Program-made: the position numbers and the translations under genes
In this document: positions 22,468-31,813 of the stretch, one piece after another
How positions within the stretch are numbered: the first letter of the stretch is position 1
How the letters are laid out: the number at the start of each line of letters is the position of its first letter
The notes under the pieces: model-generated
Told to the model about the DNA's origin: nothing
What the model saw: the letters and a program-made list of their open reading frames with translations, nothing else
The model's database searches: none
Origin: Clostridia bacterium
GTDB lineage: Bacteria; Bacillota; Clostridia; Oscillospirales; UBA644
Direction of reading: 5' to 3'
Assembly: GCA_017623595.1 (NCBI GenBank)
Contig: JAGAOU010000037.1
Location: 7,493 to 71,492 of the forward strand
Length of the DNA stretch: 64,000 nucleotides

Positions 22468-23385
22468 ATGGAAAACAAATCCTTTCTTGTTATCGGAAAT
22501 GATCAGATGGCGGAGCAGATGACCGTCTACGATTTGGGGAAAATTCCCGAAGACGGTTCTCTGGAGGACGGGGCCGTCTGGTCCTTCCCTTCGGGACATT
22601 CCGCAGGGGTTAAATACCGTGAGAATACCGTGTTTGGCGACGTGATGCTTTTTGGCGGAAGCAGGAGTTATATGGTCTCCTATCCTTCGGGTGAAGTTCT
22701 CTGGTTTACGGATTGTTCAGGCAACAATACCCATTCGGTGGAGATTCTTCCCGGTGGGAATCTTGTGTTTGCCAATTCTACGGGGAATGACATCCGTCTT
22801 TTCTATACCTCTGCACTGCTGGCGGGAGATAAAGAAACTGCCGCCACCTATACCTCCTATCCCTTCGGATGTACCCATGGGGTCTTGTATGATCCTGTGT
22901 ATGAATGCCTTTGGGTGATCGGTGAGTGGGATCTTGCCGCTTATCGCATTGTAGGTCAGGGAACAGAGCAGACGTTGGAACCTATCGAGGGAAAATCCTA
23001 TTCTCTCAAGCCCTTCGGCAATGCGGGACACGACCTGTCTCCCGATCTTTTGGACAGTCGCTATCTCTATTGCACCCCTGCCTCGGGTGTTCTTCGTTTT
23101 GACAAAGAAACGGGTGCCTTTGATACCTCTTTTGCCGACGGAACGCCTCTGCAGTCTTATTCCTTTAAGTCCTTTACCCAATTTCCCGACGGGACGTATG
23201 TTTACACTGCTCCCTATTGTAACGGTCGCCGCCGCATGCTTGAGGATTGGTGGAAGGGTAGTTGGTGCACCGATTTTATTGGTGTTCTGCGACACTTGCC
23301 TGACGGCTCCCGACAAGAAACCCGCTATTTTGCTGATGTTGCCGCATTTTATAAGTGTCGTGCCCTTTGCGGAAGATACTTGTAA
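22468..23385 (+). CDS. DUF6528-like beta-propeller, no signal peptide (paralog 4)
   Basis: GNDQ, NTHSVEILP, HGVLYD, GHDL, FYKCR; GGAG RBS. Confidence 0.75.
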   Translation: MENKSFLVIGNDQMAEQMTVYDLGKIPEDGSLEDGAVWSFPSGHSAGVKYRENTVFGDVMLFGGSRSYMVSYPSGEVLWFTDCSGNNTHSVEILPGGNLVFANSTGNDIRLFYTSALLAGDKETAATYTSYPFGCTHGVLYDPVYECLWVIGEWDLAAYRIVGQGTEQTLEPIEGKSYSLKPFGNAGHDLSPDLLDSRYLYCTPASGVLRFDKETGAFDTSFADGTPLQSYSFKSFTQFPDGTYVYTAPYCNGRRRMLEDWWKGSWCTDFIGVLRHLPDGSRQETRYFADVAAFYKCRALCGRYL

Positions 23386-23412
23386 GTGTTTTGCAAAAAA
23401 GGAGGTTTTGTT

Positions 23413-24330
23413 GTGGACCTGAATGTGTCTTCTGTTCCGAAGCTGATTCTTGCAACGGATCAGTTTCAGGAGAGGGCTGTTGTTTATGATCTGGCGCGCT
23501 ACGAAGAAGGGAAGACCTTGGATGATCTTGAGGTTTGGTCTCTTCCCATTGGTCATGCCGCCGGATTAAAGTTTCGGGAAAACACTGTATTCGGTGATGT
23601 GATTATCGTGGGGGGCAGCCACAGCGCTATTTACGAATACCCCTCAGGACGCAAAATATGGGGAACCGATAACAGCGGGAACAACACCCATTCGGTAGAG
23701 CTTCTGCCCTCCGGAAATATCGTTTTTACCAATACCCACGGACACTGTCTCCGCCTATTCCTTACCTCCGCTCTGTTGGAGGGAAACGAGGCGAAAGCAC
23801 AGGAATATCTTGAATATCCGAAAAACTGGGCTTACAGTGCAGTCTGGGATCCTGAACGGAAGGTTCTTTGGGCAGGCGGAAGCCGTCTTGAGGCCTACGC
23901 GGTGGAGGGAGAAGGAACGAATCAAACGCTCCGTCTTTTGGAAGATAGGGGTTATACTTACCCTGCCCATGATATGATGCCCGATTACACCGATTCCCGC
24001 TACCTATATATGGCAGGGAACGAGGTCGTTCGCTATGATAAGCAAACCAATACAATTTCCGATCAATTCTCCTTCTGTGATGTTCTGCAGGGGGGTTCTC
24101 TGAAATGTTTCTTCAATGTCCCCTGCGGCGATTTCTACTGTAACGGAACCCTCGGAGGGAAAGGAAGGTTTTACGAAGGATTCCGGAAGGAATCCTGGCT
24201 GACCGATACAATCGTTTGTTTTTTTCGAAAGATCGATGAAAACGGAACGGTCTGCCTTGTGCGGCGAGAGTTGACCTCCTCCAAAAGTGCATTCTATAAG
24301 GTCCGTCCTCTTTACGGGAAATATCTGTAA
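23413..24330 (+). CDS. DUF6528-like beta-propeller, no signal peptide (paralog 5)
   Basis: GTG start after GGAGG; TDQ, NTHSVELLP, YSAVWD, AHDM, FYKVR. Confidence 0.72.
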   Translation: MDLNVSSVPKLILATDQFQERAVVYDLARYEEGKTLDDLEVWSLPIGHAAGLKFRENTVFGDVIIVGGSHSAIYEYPSGRKIWGTDNSGNNTHSVELLPSGNIVFTNTHGHCLRLFLTSALLEGNEAKAQEYLEYPKNWAYSAVWDPERKVLWAGGSRLEAYAVEGEGTNQTLRLLEDRGYTYPAHDMMPDYTDSRYLYMAGNEVVRYDKQTNTISDQFSFCDVLQGGSLKCFFNVPCGDFYCNGTLGGKGRFYEGFRKESWLTDTIVCFFRKIDENGTVCLVRRELTSSKSAFYKVRPLYGKYL

Positions 24331-24398
24331 GGAGTTCTTGATCCTGTTGTATTATTTACGCGCCGTTCCTTTGTGGGGCGGCAGAACGGAGTTTTAGT

Positions 24399-25664
24399 AT
24401 GAAATTACTTGTGGTCGGTGGTGGCGGACGAGAGCATGCCATCATCAAAAAACTTCGGGAAAATCCCGAAGTGACCGAAATCTTTGCCCTTCCCGGCAAC
24501 GGTGGCATTGCGCGGGATGCTACCTGCGTGGATATCGGTGCGAAGGATATCGACGCTATTGTGAAGTTTGCTGTGGAAAACAAGATTGATTATGCCGTGG
24601 TCGCCCCCGACGATCCTTTGGTCCTCGGGTGTGTGGATGCCTTGAATGAAAAGGGGATTCCCTGCTTCGGTCCCAAGGCCAATGCGGCCATCATTGAAGG
24701 CAGTAAGGTCTTTTCCAAGGATCTGATGAAGAAATACGGCATTCCTACCGCCGCCTATGAGGTCTTTACCGAAATGAATGGGGCGCTGGAATACCTGAAA
24801 ACCGCCCCCATTCCCACCGTCATCAAGGCCGACGGGCTTGCCCTCGGCAAGGGTGTGGTCATCGCCATGACCCGTGAGGAGGCTACCGATGCGGTGCGCT
24901 CCATGATGGAGGATAAAATTTTTGGGGAAAGCGGAAGCCGCGTTGTTATTGAGGAATTTTTGACCGGCCCTGAGGTTTCGGTGCTTTCCTTTACCGACGG
25001 GAAAACCGTGGTTCCCATGGTTTCCTCCATGGATCACAAACGAGCATTGGACAATGACGAAGGGTTGAACACCGGCGGTATGGGTACCATTGCCCCCAAC
25101 CCCTATTACACCGCTGAAATTGCCGATGTGTGTATGAAGACCATCTTCAAGCCCACCATCGATGCCATGAATGCCGAGGGTAGAACCTTCAAGGGTTGCC
25201 TCTATTTCGGTCTCATGCTCACCCCCAAGGGCCCCAAGGTGATTGAGTACAACTGCCGTTTCGGCGATCCCGAGACTCAGGTGGTGCTTCCTCTGCTGGA
25301 AAGCGATCTTCTCACCGTAATGAAGGCCACAACCGACGGAACCCTGACCGAGGACATGGTCAAGTTCCGTGACGGATCCTGTGCCTGTGTGGTAATGGCC
25401 TCTGCGGGATATCCCCAAAAATATCAAACGGGGTATGAAATCACCCTTCCCGAAACCGTCGCCGACCGAGTTTATGTGGCGGGTGCAAAGCTTGTCGATG
25501 ACAAGCTGCTCACCTCCGGCGGCCGAGTTCTCGGCGTGACCGGAACAGGGGAGACCCTGCCTGAGGCGCTCAACGCTGCGTATCAAGCTGTCAATGAAAT
25601 TTCTTTCGAAAATGCTTTTTGCCGCAAGGACATCGGTGCCCGTGCATTGAAGGCATTGAATTGA
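24399..25664 (+). CDS. purD: Phosphoribosylamine-glycine ligase
   Basis: GGGGREHA, KADGLALGKGV, NTGGMG, EYNCRFGDPE. Confidence 0.97.
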   Translation: MKLLVVGGGGREHAIIKKLRENPEVTEIFALPGNGGIARDATCVDIGAKDIDAIVKFAVENKIDYAVVAPDDPLVLGCVDALNEKGIPCFGPKANAAIIEGSKVFSKDLMKKYGIPTAAYEVFTEMNGALEYLKTAPIPTVIKADGLALGKGVVIAMTREEATDAVRSMMEDKIFGESGSRVVIEEFLTGPEVSVLSFTDGKTVVPMVSSMDHKRALDNDEGLNTGGMGTIAPNPYYTAEIADVCMKTIFKPTIDAMNAEGRTFKGCLYFGLMLTPKGPKVIEYNCRFGDPETQVVLPLLESDLLTVMKATTDGTLTEDMVKFRDGSCACVVMASAGYPQKYQTGYEITLPETVADRVYVAGAKLVDDKLLTSGGRVLGVTGTGETLPEALNAAYQAVNEISFENAFCRKDIGARALKALN

Positions 25665-25673
25665 GGAGTTATT

Positions 25674-28600
25674 ATGGTATATCGTGTTTATGTTGAAAAA
25701 CGGGGCGAACTTGCCCATGAGGCCAACGGACTTCTGGAGGATGTCCGCGGTTTTCTCGGCATCGCTTCTTTGGAAAAGGTTCGTATTCTGAACCGCTACG
25801 ATGTGGAAGGCATCGGGGAAGAGCTCTTTGAAAAAGCGGTCAACACCGTCTTTTCCGAACCTCAGGTGGATGTTGCCACCGCCGATTACGATGCGGCAGG
25901 GGGCACGGTGTTTGCAGTGGAATATCTGCCCGGTCAGTTCGACCAGCGTGCCGATTCCGCCGCCCAGTGTATCCAGATTATGAGTCAAGGGGAACGTCCC
26001 CTTGTCCGCACGGCGAAGATCTATATTTTGGAAGGAGATCTTTCCGAAGAAGAAATCGCCGCCATCCGCCATCACGTCATTAACCCTGTGGAATGCCGTG
26101 AAGCGAGTCTGGAAAAGCCCGATACGCTGGCCCTTTCGGTGAATATCCCCGAATCGGTTGCCACCGTGGATGGATTTTTGGAACTGGATCGGGACGGACT
26201 GGATGCCCTGGTTAAGTCCCTTGGTCTTGCCATGGATCTGGACGACATCACCTTCTGTCAGAATTATTTCAAAACCGAAGGCCGTAACCCCACCATCACT
26301 GAAATCCGCATGATCGATACCTACTGGTCCGATCACTGCCGCCATACCACATTCCTTACCACTATCGACAATGTGAAGTTCGAGGATGCTCTTTTACAGA
26401 GCGCCTACGATGAATATATCGCCACCCGTAAGGAATTGGGACGCACCAAGCCCATCAATCTGATGGATATCGGTACCTTGGCGGGCAAATACCTGCACAA
26501 GAACGGTTATCTGGACAAACTGTACGAATCGGAAGAGATTAACGCTTGTACGGTTCGCATGACTGTGACCGTGGATGGGGAAGAGCAGCCCTGGCTTTTG
26601 CTCTTTAAGAACGAAACTCACAACCACCCCACCGAGATCGAGCCCTTCGGCGGCGCTGCCACCTGTATCGGTGGTGCTATCCGCGATCCTCTGGCCAGCC
26701 GCGCTTACGTTTATGCCGCTATGCGCGTGACGGGGGCCGCCGATCCTTTGAAGCCTGTGGAGGAAACCATGACGGGTAAGCTTCCTCAGCGCAAGATTGT
26801 CACCACTGCCGCCGCCGGTTATTCTTCCTACGGTAACCAGATCGGTCTTTGCACCGGCATGGTGGACGAGCTCTACCATCCCGGCTATGCGGCCAAGCGC
26901 ATGGAAATCGGTGCAGTTGTCGGTGCGGTGCATGAAGATCACTCCAAGCCCGATTTCCCCGCTCCCGGCGATAAGGTTATCCTTCTGGGCGGTCGTACGG
27001 GTCGCGACGGTTGCGGCGGTGCCACCGGTTCCTCCAAGAGCCACACCGTTGCTTCTCTGGAAAGCTGCGGCGCAGAGGTTCAGAAGGGGAATGCTCCCGA
27101 GGAACGCAAGCTTCAGCGTATGTTCCGCAACGGGGAAGCCGCCGTTATGATCAAGCGCTGCAATGACTTCGGCGCAGGCGGTGTTTCTGTTGCCATCGGT
27201 GAATTGGCCGACGGCCTGGAAATCGATCTGAATAAAGTACCAAAGAAATACGAAGGTTTGGACGGCACCGAACTGGCCATTTCCGAATCCCAGGAACGTA
27301 TGGCTGTTGTGGTTGCCGAAGAAAATGTGGCTCGTTTCCTGGAAATCGCCGAGAGCGAAAACCTGGAAGCCACCGTTGTTGCCACCGTCAAGGAAGATCC
27401 CCGTCTTAAGATGTATTGGAACGGGCAGACCATCTGTGACGTCAGCCGCGAATTTTTGAATTCCAACGGTGCGGAAAAACATATCGATATTGACGTTGCC
27501 GCTCCCGTGTCCTTCAAGCCCGCCATCAACGGCTCCTTTACCGAAAATCTGTACAACGTAGCCACCGATCTGAACACCTGCTCCAAGCGCGGTCTGTCCG
27601 AGCGCTTCGACGCCACCATCGGCGCGGGCACGGTGCTTATGCCCTTCGGCGGTAAGCATCAGCAGACTCCCATTCAGGCCATGGTTCATAAGATCAGCCT
27701 GGAAAAGGGGCACACCGACGATTGCTCGGTCATGTCTTGGGGCTACAATCCCTACATCACCGAAAAGTCTCCCTATCATGGCGCTTATCTTGCCGTGGTG
27801 GAATCCGCTGCCAAGCTGGTTGCCACCGGCGCTTCTTACGAGGATGTTTACCTCACCTTCCAGGAATATTTCCTGCGCGTGGGCAAGGATTCCAAGCGTT
27901 GGGGACAGCCTATGGCCGCCCTGTTGGGTGCTTTCAAGGCGCAGAAGGATCTGAAGATCGCCGCCATTGGCGGTAAGGACTCCATGTCGGGTACCTTCGA
28001 AGATCTGGATGTTCCTCCCACCCTCGTTTCTTTTGCAATCACCACTGAAAAGGTGCAGAACATCATTTCCAATGAATTCAAGAAAGCGGGCAGCAAGGTG
28101 GTTTGCCTTTCTCCCGAATATGATGAAAACGGTCTTCCCAACACCGAATCCCTCCTGTCCCTCTTCCGTCGCGTGACCGAGCTTATGCGGGCGGGCAAGG
28201 TCTTGTCTTGCTACACTCCCGGCATGGGTGGTATCGGTGCCGCAGTCATGAAGATGGCATTCGGCAACGGCTTTGGCTTTGATTTCGCCGACACGGTATG
28301 CCCCAAGTGCCTGTTCGGTTATGAATACGGCTCCTTCGTCATGGAGGTGACCGAAGATGTGGAAGGTGCCCGTCTGATCGGTACCGTTACCGACAAGGGC
28401 GTGATCACCCGGAAGGATGAATCTGTTTCCCTCGCCGACCTGCAGAAGGCTTACGAGGACAAACTGGAATCGGTTTACGCCTGCAACATTCCCGACGCAA
28501 AGATCCCCGTTGAAACAGTTTCCTCTCCCGCATCTGTCCGTGTGGCTCCCGCCGTCAAGGTGGCTAAGCCCAAGGTGCTGATTCCCGTGTTCCCCGGAAC

Positions 28601-29366
28601 CAACTGTGAATATGACTCTGCCCGCGCCGTTTCCGATGCAGGGGCCGAACCCGAGATCTTTGTGGTCAAGAACCGTTCCTCCGAAGCAATCGCCAAGAGT
28701 GTGGAGGAATTTGCCTGCAAGATCAAGGATTCTCAGGTGATCTTCATTCCCGGCGGGTTCTCCGGCGGGGACGAGCCCGATGGATCGGGTAAGTTCATCA
28801 CCGCCTTCTTCCGCAACGCCGCCATTAAGGAAGAGGTTACCAAACTGTTGGAAGATCGGGACGGTCTGATGCTGGGTATCTGCAACGGATTCCAGGCCTT
28901 GGTCAAGCTGGGCCTCGTTCCCTACGGCAAGATCATTGATACCGATGAAGCTTGCCCCACCTTGACCTACAACGTCATCGGTCGTCACCAGTCCCGTATC
29001 GTCCGCACCCGTGTTGCCTCCAACAAGTCTCCCTGGCTTGCCAATACCAACGTGGGTGATGTGTACAACGTTGCCATTTCTCACGGGGAAGGTCGCTTCT
29101 TTGCAAGCGAATCTCTGGCACGGGAACTGATCAACAACGGTCAGGTTGCCACCCAGTATGTGGACCTTGCGGGCAATGCCACCGCCGATGTCCGCTTCAA
29201 TCCCAACGGTTCCATTTTCGCCATCGAGGGTATCACCTCGCCCGACGGCCGTGTATTGGGTAAGATGGGCCATTCCGAACGTATCGGCAACGGTCTGTAC
29301 CGCAACGTCCCCGGCGAATACGACATGAAGCTCTTCAAATCCGCAGTAGAATATTTTAAGAAATAA
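25674..29366 (+). CDS. purL: FGAM synthase (large fused form)
   Basis: WSDHCRH, ETHNHPT, DFGAGG; C-terminal glutaminase PGTNCE, LGICNGFQ, MGHSER. Confidence 0.96.
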   Translation: MVYRVYVEKRGELAHEANGLLEDVRGFLGIASLEKVRILNRYDVEGIGEELFEKAVNTVFSEPQVDVATADYDAAGGTVFAVEYLPGQFDQRADSAAQCIQIMSQGERPLVRTAKIYILEGDLSEEEIAAIRHHVINPVECREASLEKPDTLALSVNIPESVATVDGFLELDRDGLDALVKSLGLAMDLDDITFCQNYFKTEGRNPTITEIRMIDTYWSDHCRHTTFLTTIDNVKFEDALLQSAYDEYIATRKELGRTKPINLMDIGTLAGKYLHKNGYLDKLYESEEINACTVRMTVTVDGEEQPWLLLFKNETHNHPTEIEPFGGAATCIGGAIRDPLASRAYVYAAMRVTGAADPLKPVEETMTGKLPQRKIVTTAAAGYSSYGNQIGLCTGMVDELYHPGYAAKRMEIGAVVGAVHEDHSKPDFPAPGDKVILLGGRTGRDGCGGATGSSKSHTVASLESCGAEVQKGNAPEERKLQRMFRNGEAAVMIKRCNDFGAGGVSVAIGELADGLEIDLNKVPKKYEGLDGTELAISESQERMAVVVAEENVARFLEIAESENLEATVVATVKEDPRLKMYWNGQTICDVSREFLNSNGAEKHIDIDVAAPVSFKPAINGSFTENLYNVATDLNTCSKRGLSERFDATIGAGTVLMPFGGKHQQTPIQAMVHKISLEKGHTDDCSVMSWGYNPYITEKSPYHGAYLAVVESAAKLVATGASYEDVYLTFQEYFLRVGKDSKRWGQPMAALLGAFKAQKDLKIAAIGGKDSMSGTFEDLDVPPTLVSFAITTEKVQNIISNEFKKAGSKVVCLSPEYDENGLPNTESLLSLFRRVTELMRAGKVLSCYTPGMGGIGAAVMKMAFGNGFGFDFADTVCPKCLFGYEYGSFVMEVTEDVEGARLIGTVTDKGVITRKDESVSLADLQKAYEDKLESVYACNIPDAKIPVETVSSPASVRVAPAVKVAKPKVLIPVFPGTNCEYDSARAVSDAGAEPEIFVVKNRSSEAIAKSVEEFACKIKDSQVIFIPGGFSGGDEPDGSGKFITAFFRNAAIKEEVTKLLEDRDGLMLGICNGFQALVKLGLVPYGKIIDTDEACPTLTYNVIGRHQSRIVRTRVASNKSPWLANTNVGDVYNVAISHGEGRFFASESLARELINNGQVATQYVDLAGNATADVRFNPNGSIFAIEGITSPDGRVLGKMGHSERIGNGLYRNVPGEYDMKLFKSAVEYFKK

Positions 29367-29384
29367 GAAAAGGAGAACATTCCA

Positions 29385-31061
29385 ATGGCTTATCTTTCCG
29401 ACATTGAAATCGCACAGCAGTGCAAAATGCTCCCCATCACCGAAATCGCAAAAACCGCAGGTATTGACGACAAATATCTGGAACAATACGGCAAATACAA
29501 GGCAAAGGTTGATCTTTCCCTGATGAAGGAAAGCGACAAAAAGAACGGCAAACTGATCCTTGTTACCGCTATGACGCCCACCCCCGCCGGGGAAGGGAAG
29601 ACCACCACCACCATCGGTCTGGCCGACGGCCTTCGCAAGATCGGCAAAAACGTCATGGTTGCTCTCCGTGAACCCTCCCTCGGTCCCGTTTTCGGGGTCA
29701 AGGGCGGTGCCGCCGGCGGCGGTTACGCACAGGTCGTCCCCATGGAGGATATCAACCTTCACTTCACCGGTGACTTCCATGCCATCGGTGCTGCCAACAA
29801 CCTGTTGGCCGCCATGCTGGACAACCATATCCATCAGGGCAATACCCTCGGCATCGATCCTCGCAAGATCACATGGAAGCGTTGCGTGGATATGAATGAC
29901 CGCCAGCTTCGTTTTGTTGTGGACGGTCTGGGCGGCAAGGTCAACGGCGTTCCCCGTGAAGACGGCTTCGACATCACCGTTGCCTCCGAAATCATGGCAG
30001 TTCTCTGCCTTTCCGGTTCTATCACCGAACTGAAGGAACGCCTCTCCCGTATTATCGTTGGTTATACCTATGATGATAAACCCGTCACCTGCGCCGACAT
30101 CAAGGCTCAGGGTGCTATGGCCGCCCTTCTGAAGGACGCCCTCAAGCCCAACCTGGTTCAGACGCTGGAAGGCACTCCCGCATTGGTTCACGGCGGTCCC
30201 TTCGCCAACATCGCCCACGGTTGTAACTCCGTTACCGCCACCAAGCTGGCTATGAAGCTGGGCGATTATGCGGTTACCGAAGCAGGCTTCGGCGCCGATC
30301 TCGGTGCTGAAAAGTTCTTGGACATCAAGTGCCGCACCGCCGGTTTGACTCCCGACGCTGTGGTTGTGGTTGCCACCGTCCGCGCTCTGAAGATGCATGG
30401 CGGACTTGCCAAGACCGAATTGAACACCGAGGATCTGGTTGCCCTCGAAAAGGGTATTCCCAACCTTCTGCGTCATGTTTCCAACATTAAGAATGTTTAC
30501 AAACTGCCCTGCGTGGTTGCTGTCAACCGCTTCCCCACCGATACCGATGCGGAAATCGACTTCATCGTTGCCAAGTGCCGTGAGCTGGGCGTCAACACCG
30601 TTCTGTCCACCGTTTGGGCCAACGGCGGCGAAGGCGGCAAGGAGCTTGCCAAGGAAGTGGTTCGTCTCTGCGAAGAAGAACAGGGTGATTTCACCTTCTC
30701 CTATGAGCTGGACGGCACCATCGAAGATCGCATCGACGCAGTGGTCCGCAAGGTCTACGGCGGTGACGGTATTTCCGTTCTCCCCGCAGCCAAGGCTCAG
30801 ATCGCCCGTCTGACCGAGCTGGGCTTCGGCAATCTGCCCATCTGTGTGGCTAAGACCCAGTATTCCTTCTCCGATGATCCCATGAAGTTGGGCGCTCCCG
30901 AGGGCTTCACCGTTACTGTCCGTAACGTGAAGGTTTCCGCAGGTGCCGGCTTTATCGTGGTTCTCACCGGTGATATTATGACCATGCCCGGTCTTCCCAA
31001 GGTTCCCGCCGCTGAACGCATCGACGTGGACGAAGACGGTAAGATCTCCGGCCTCTTTTAA
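29385..31061 (+). CDS. fhs: Formate-tetrahydrofolate ligase
   Basis: [35 protein letters not shown]. Confidence 0.97.
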   Translation: MAYLSDIEIAQQCKMLPITEIAKTAGIDDKYLEQYGKYKAKVDLSLMKESDKKNGKLILVTAMTPTPAGEGKTTTTIGLADGLRKIGKNVMVALREPSLGPVFGVKGGAAGGGYAQVVPMEDINLHFTGDFHAIGAANNLLAAMLDNHIHQGNTLGIDPRKITWKRCVDMNDRQLRFVVDGLGGKVNGVPREDGFDITVASEIMAVLCLSGSITELKERLSRIIVGYTYDDKPVTCADIKAQGAMAALLKDALKPNLVQTLEGTPALVHGGPFANIAHGCNSVTATKLAMKLGDYAVTEAGFGADLGAEKFLDIKCRTAGLTPDAVVVVATVRALKMHGGLAKTELNTEDLVALEKGIPNLLRHVSNIKNVYKLPCVVAVNRFPTDTDAEIDFIVAKCRELGVNTVLSTVWANGGEGGKELAKEVVRLCEEEQGDFTFSYELDGTIEDRIDAVVRKVYGGDGISVLPAAKAQIARLTELGFGNLPICVAKTQYSFSDDPMKLGAPEGFTVTVRNVKVSAGAGFIVVLTGDIMTMPGLPKVPAAERIDVDEDGKISGLF

Positions 31062-31066
31062 TCGCC

Positions 31067-31660
31067 ATGAAACTGATTATTGCATCCAACAATGCCCATA
31101 AGATCCGCGAGATCAAGCAGATTTTAGGCTCCCGTTTTGAAGAGATTCTCTCTCTGCGGGAGGCGAAGATTGATCATGAAACCGTGGAGGATGGCACCAC
31201 CTTTTTGGAAAATGCTCGCAAAAAGGCCACCGAGATCGCCGAGATCTCGGGGTGCTGTGCCCTTGCGGACGACAGCGGCATCTGTGCCCATGCCCTCAAC
31301 AACGAGCCGGGAGTCTACTCCGCCCGTTATGCGGGGGGACACGGGGACGATGAGGCCAATAACCAACTGCTGATCAAAAATCTGCGGGACAAGGACGATC
31401 GCACCGCCCATTACGCCTGTGCCATTGTCCTCGCCTATCCCGACGGATCCATCCTCAGCGCGGAAGGGGAGATGCACGGGGAAGTGATCGACAACCCCCG
31501 CGGAGAAAACGGCTTCGGCTATGATCCCATTTTCTTCCTTCCCGAGTATGGCATGACCTCTGCGGAAATCTCCCCCGAGGAGAAAAACCGCATCAGCCAC
31601 CGCGCTAAGGCCCTCAACGCCCTCGTGGAAAAGCTCGACCGCGACGAAAGGGACAACTAA
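31067..31660 (+). CDS. rdgB: Non-canonical purine NTP pyrophosphatase (RdgB/HAM1)
   Basis: SNNAHK, ADDSG, PGVYSARY, GFGYDPIF, KNRISHR. Confidence 0.95.
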   Translation: MKLIIASNNAHKIREIKQILGSRFEEILSLREAKIDHETVEDGTTFLENARKKATEIAEISGCCALADDSGICAHALNNEPGVYSARYAGGHGDDEANNQLLIKNLRDKDDRTAHYACAIVLAYPDGSILSAEGEMHGEVIDNPRGENGFGYDPIFFLPEYGMTSAEISPEEKNRISHRAKALNALVEKLDRDERDN

Positions 31661-31670
31661 CAGAATACAA

Positions 31671-31702
31671 GAAAGGCGATCCTCTTTGAGGATCGCCTTT
31701 TC
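31671..31702. terminator. Bidirectional terminator ending the pur operon
   Basis: GAAAGGCGATCCTC-TTT-GAGGATCGCCTTTTC. Confidence 0.85.
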
Positions 31703-31813
31703 ATGGTTTTTGTCGGCCGCCGCAAGTGCTTGCGGCGGAATTTCGGGGTTCACTTTTCATCGTAAGAAAACCCCTTCCCCGGTCGCCAATATCTCATCTG
31801 CACTTACGCTGAT

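Noticed and set aside
19235-24330. Propeller array as a DGR target set or an invertible/phase-variable cassette
   Set aside because: No reverse transcriptase or recombinase, no adenine-specific TR/VR pair and no flanking inverted repeats; divergence is spread along the genes
26394-30476. 1360-aa antisense ORF over purL/fhs
   Set aside because: Shadow of strongly codon-biased genes; no motifs or RBS, and it fully overlaps well-supported CDSs
31717-31738. Perfect hairpin CCGCCGCAAG-TG-CTTGCGGCGG as a REP or IS end
   Set aside because: Only one copy seen, next to a bidirectional terminator; most simply an auxiliary 3' stem
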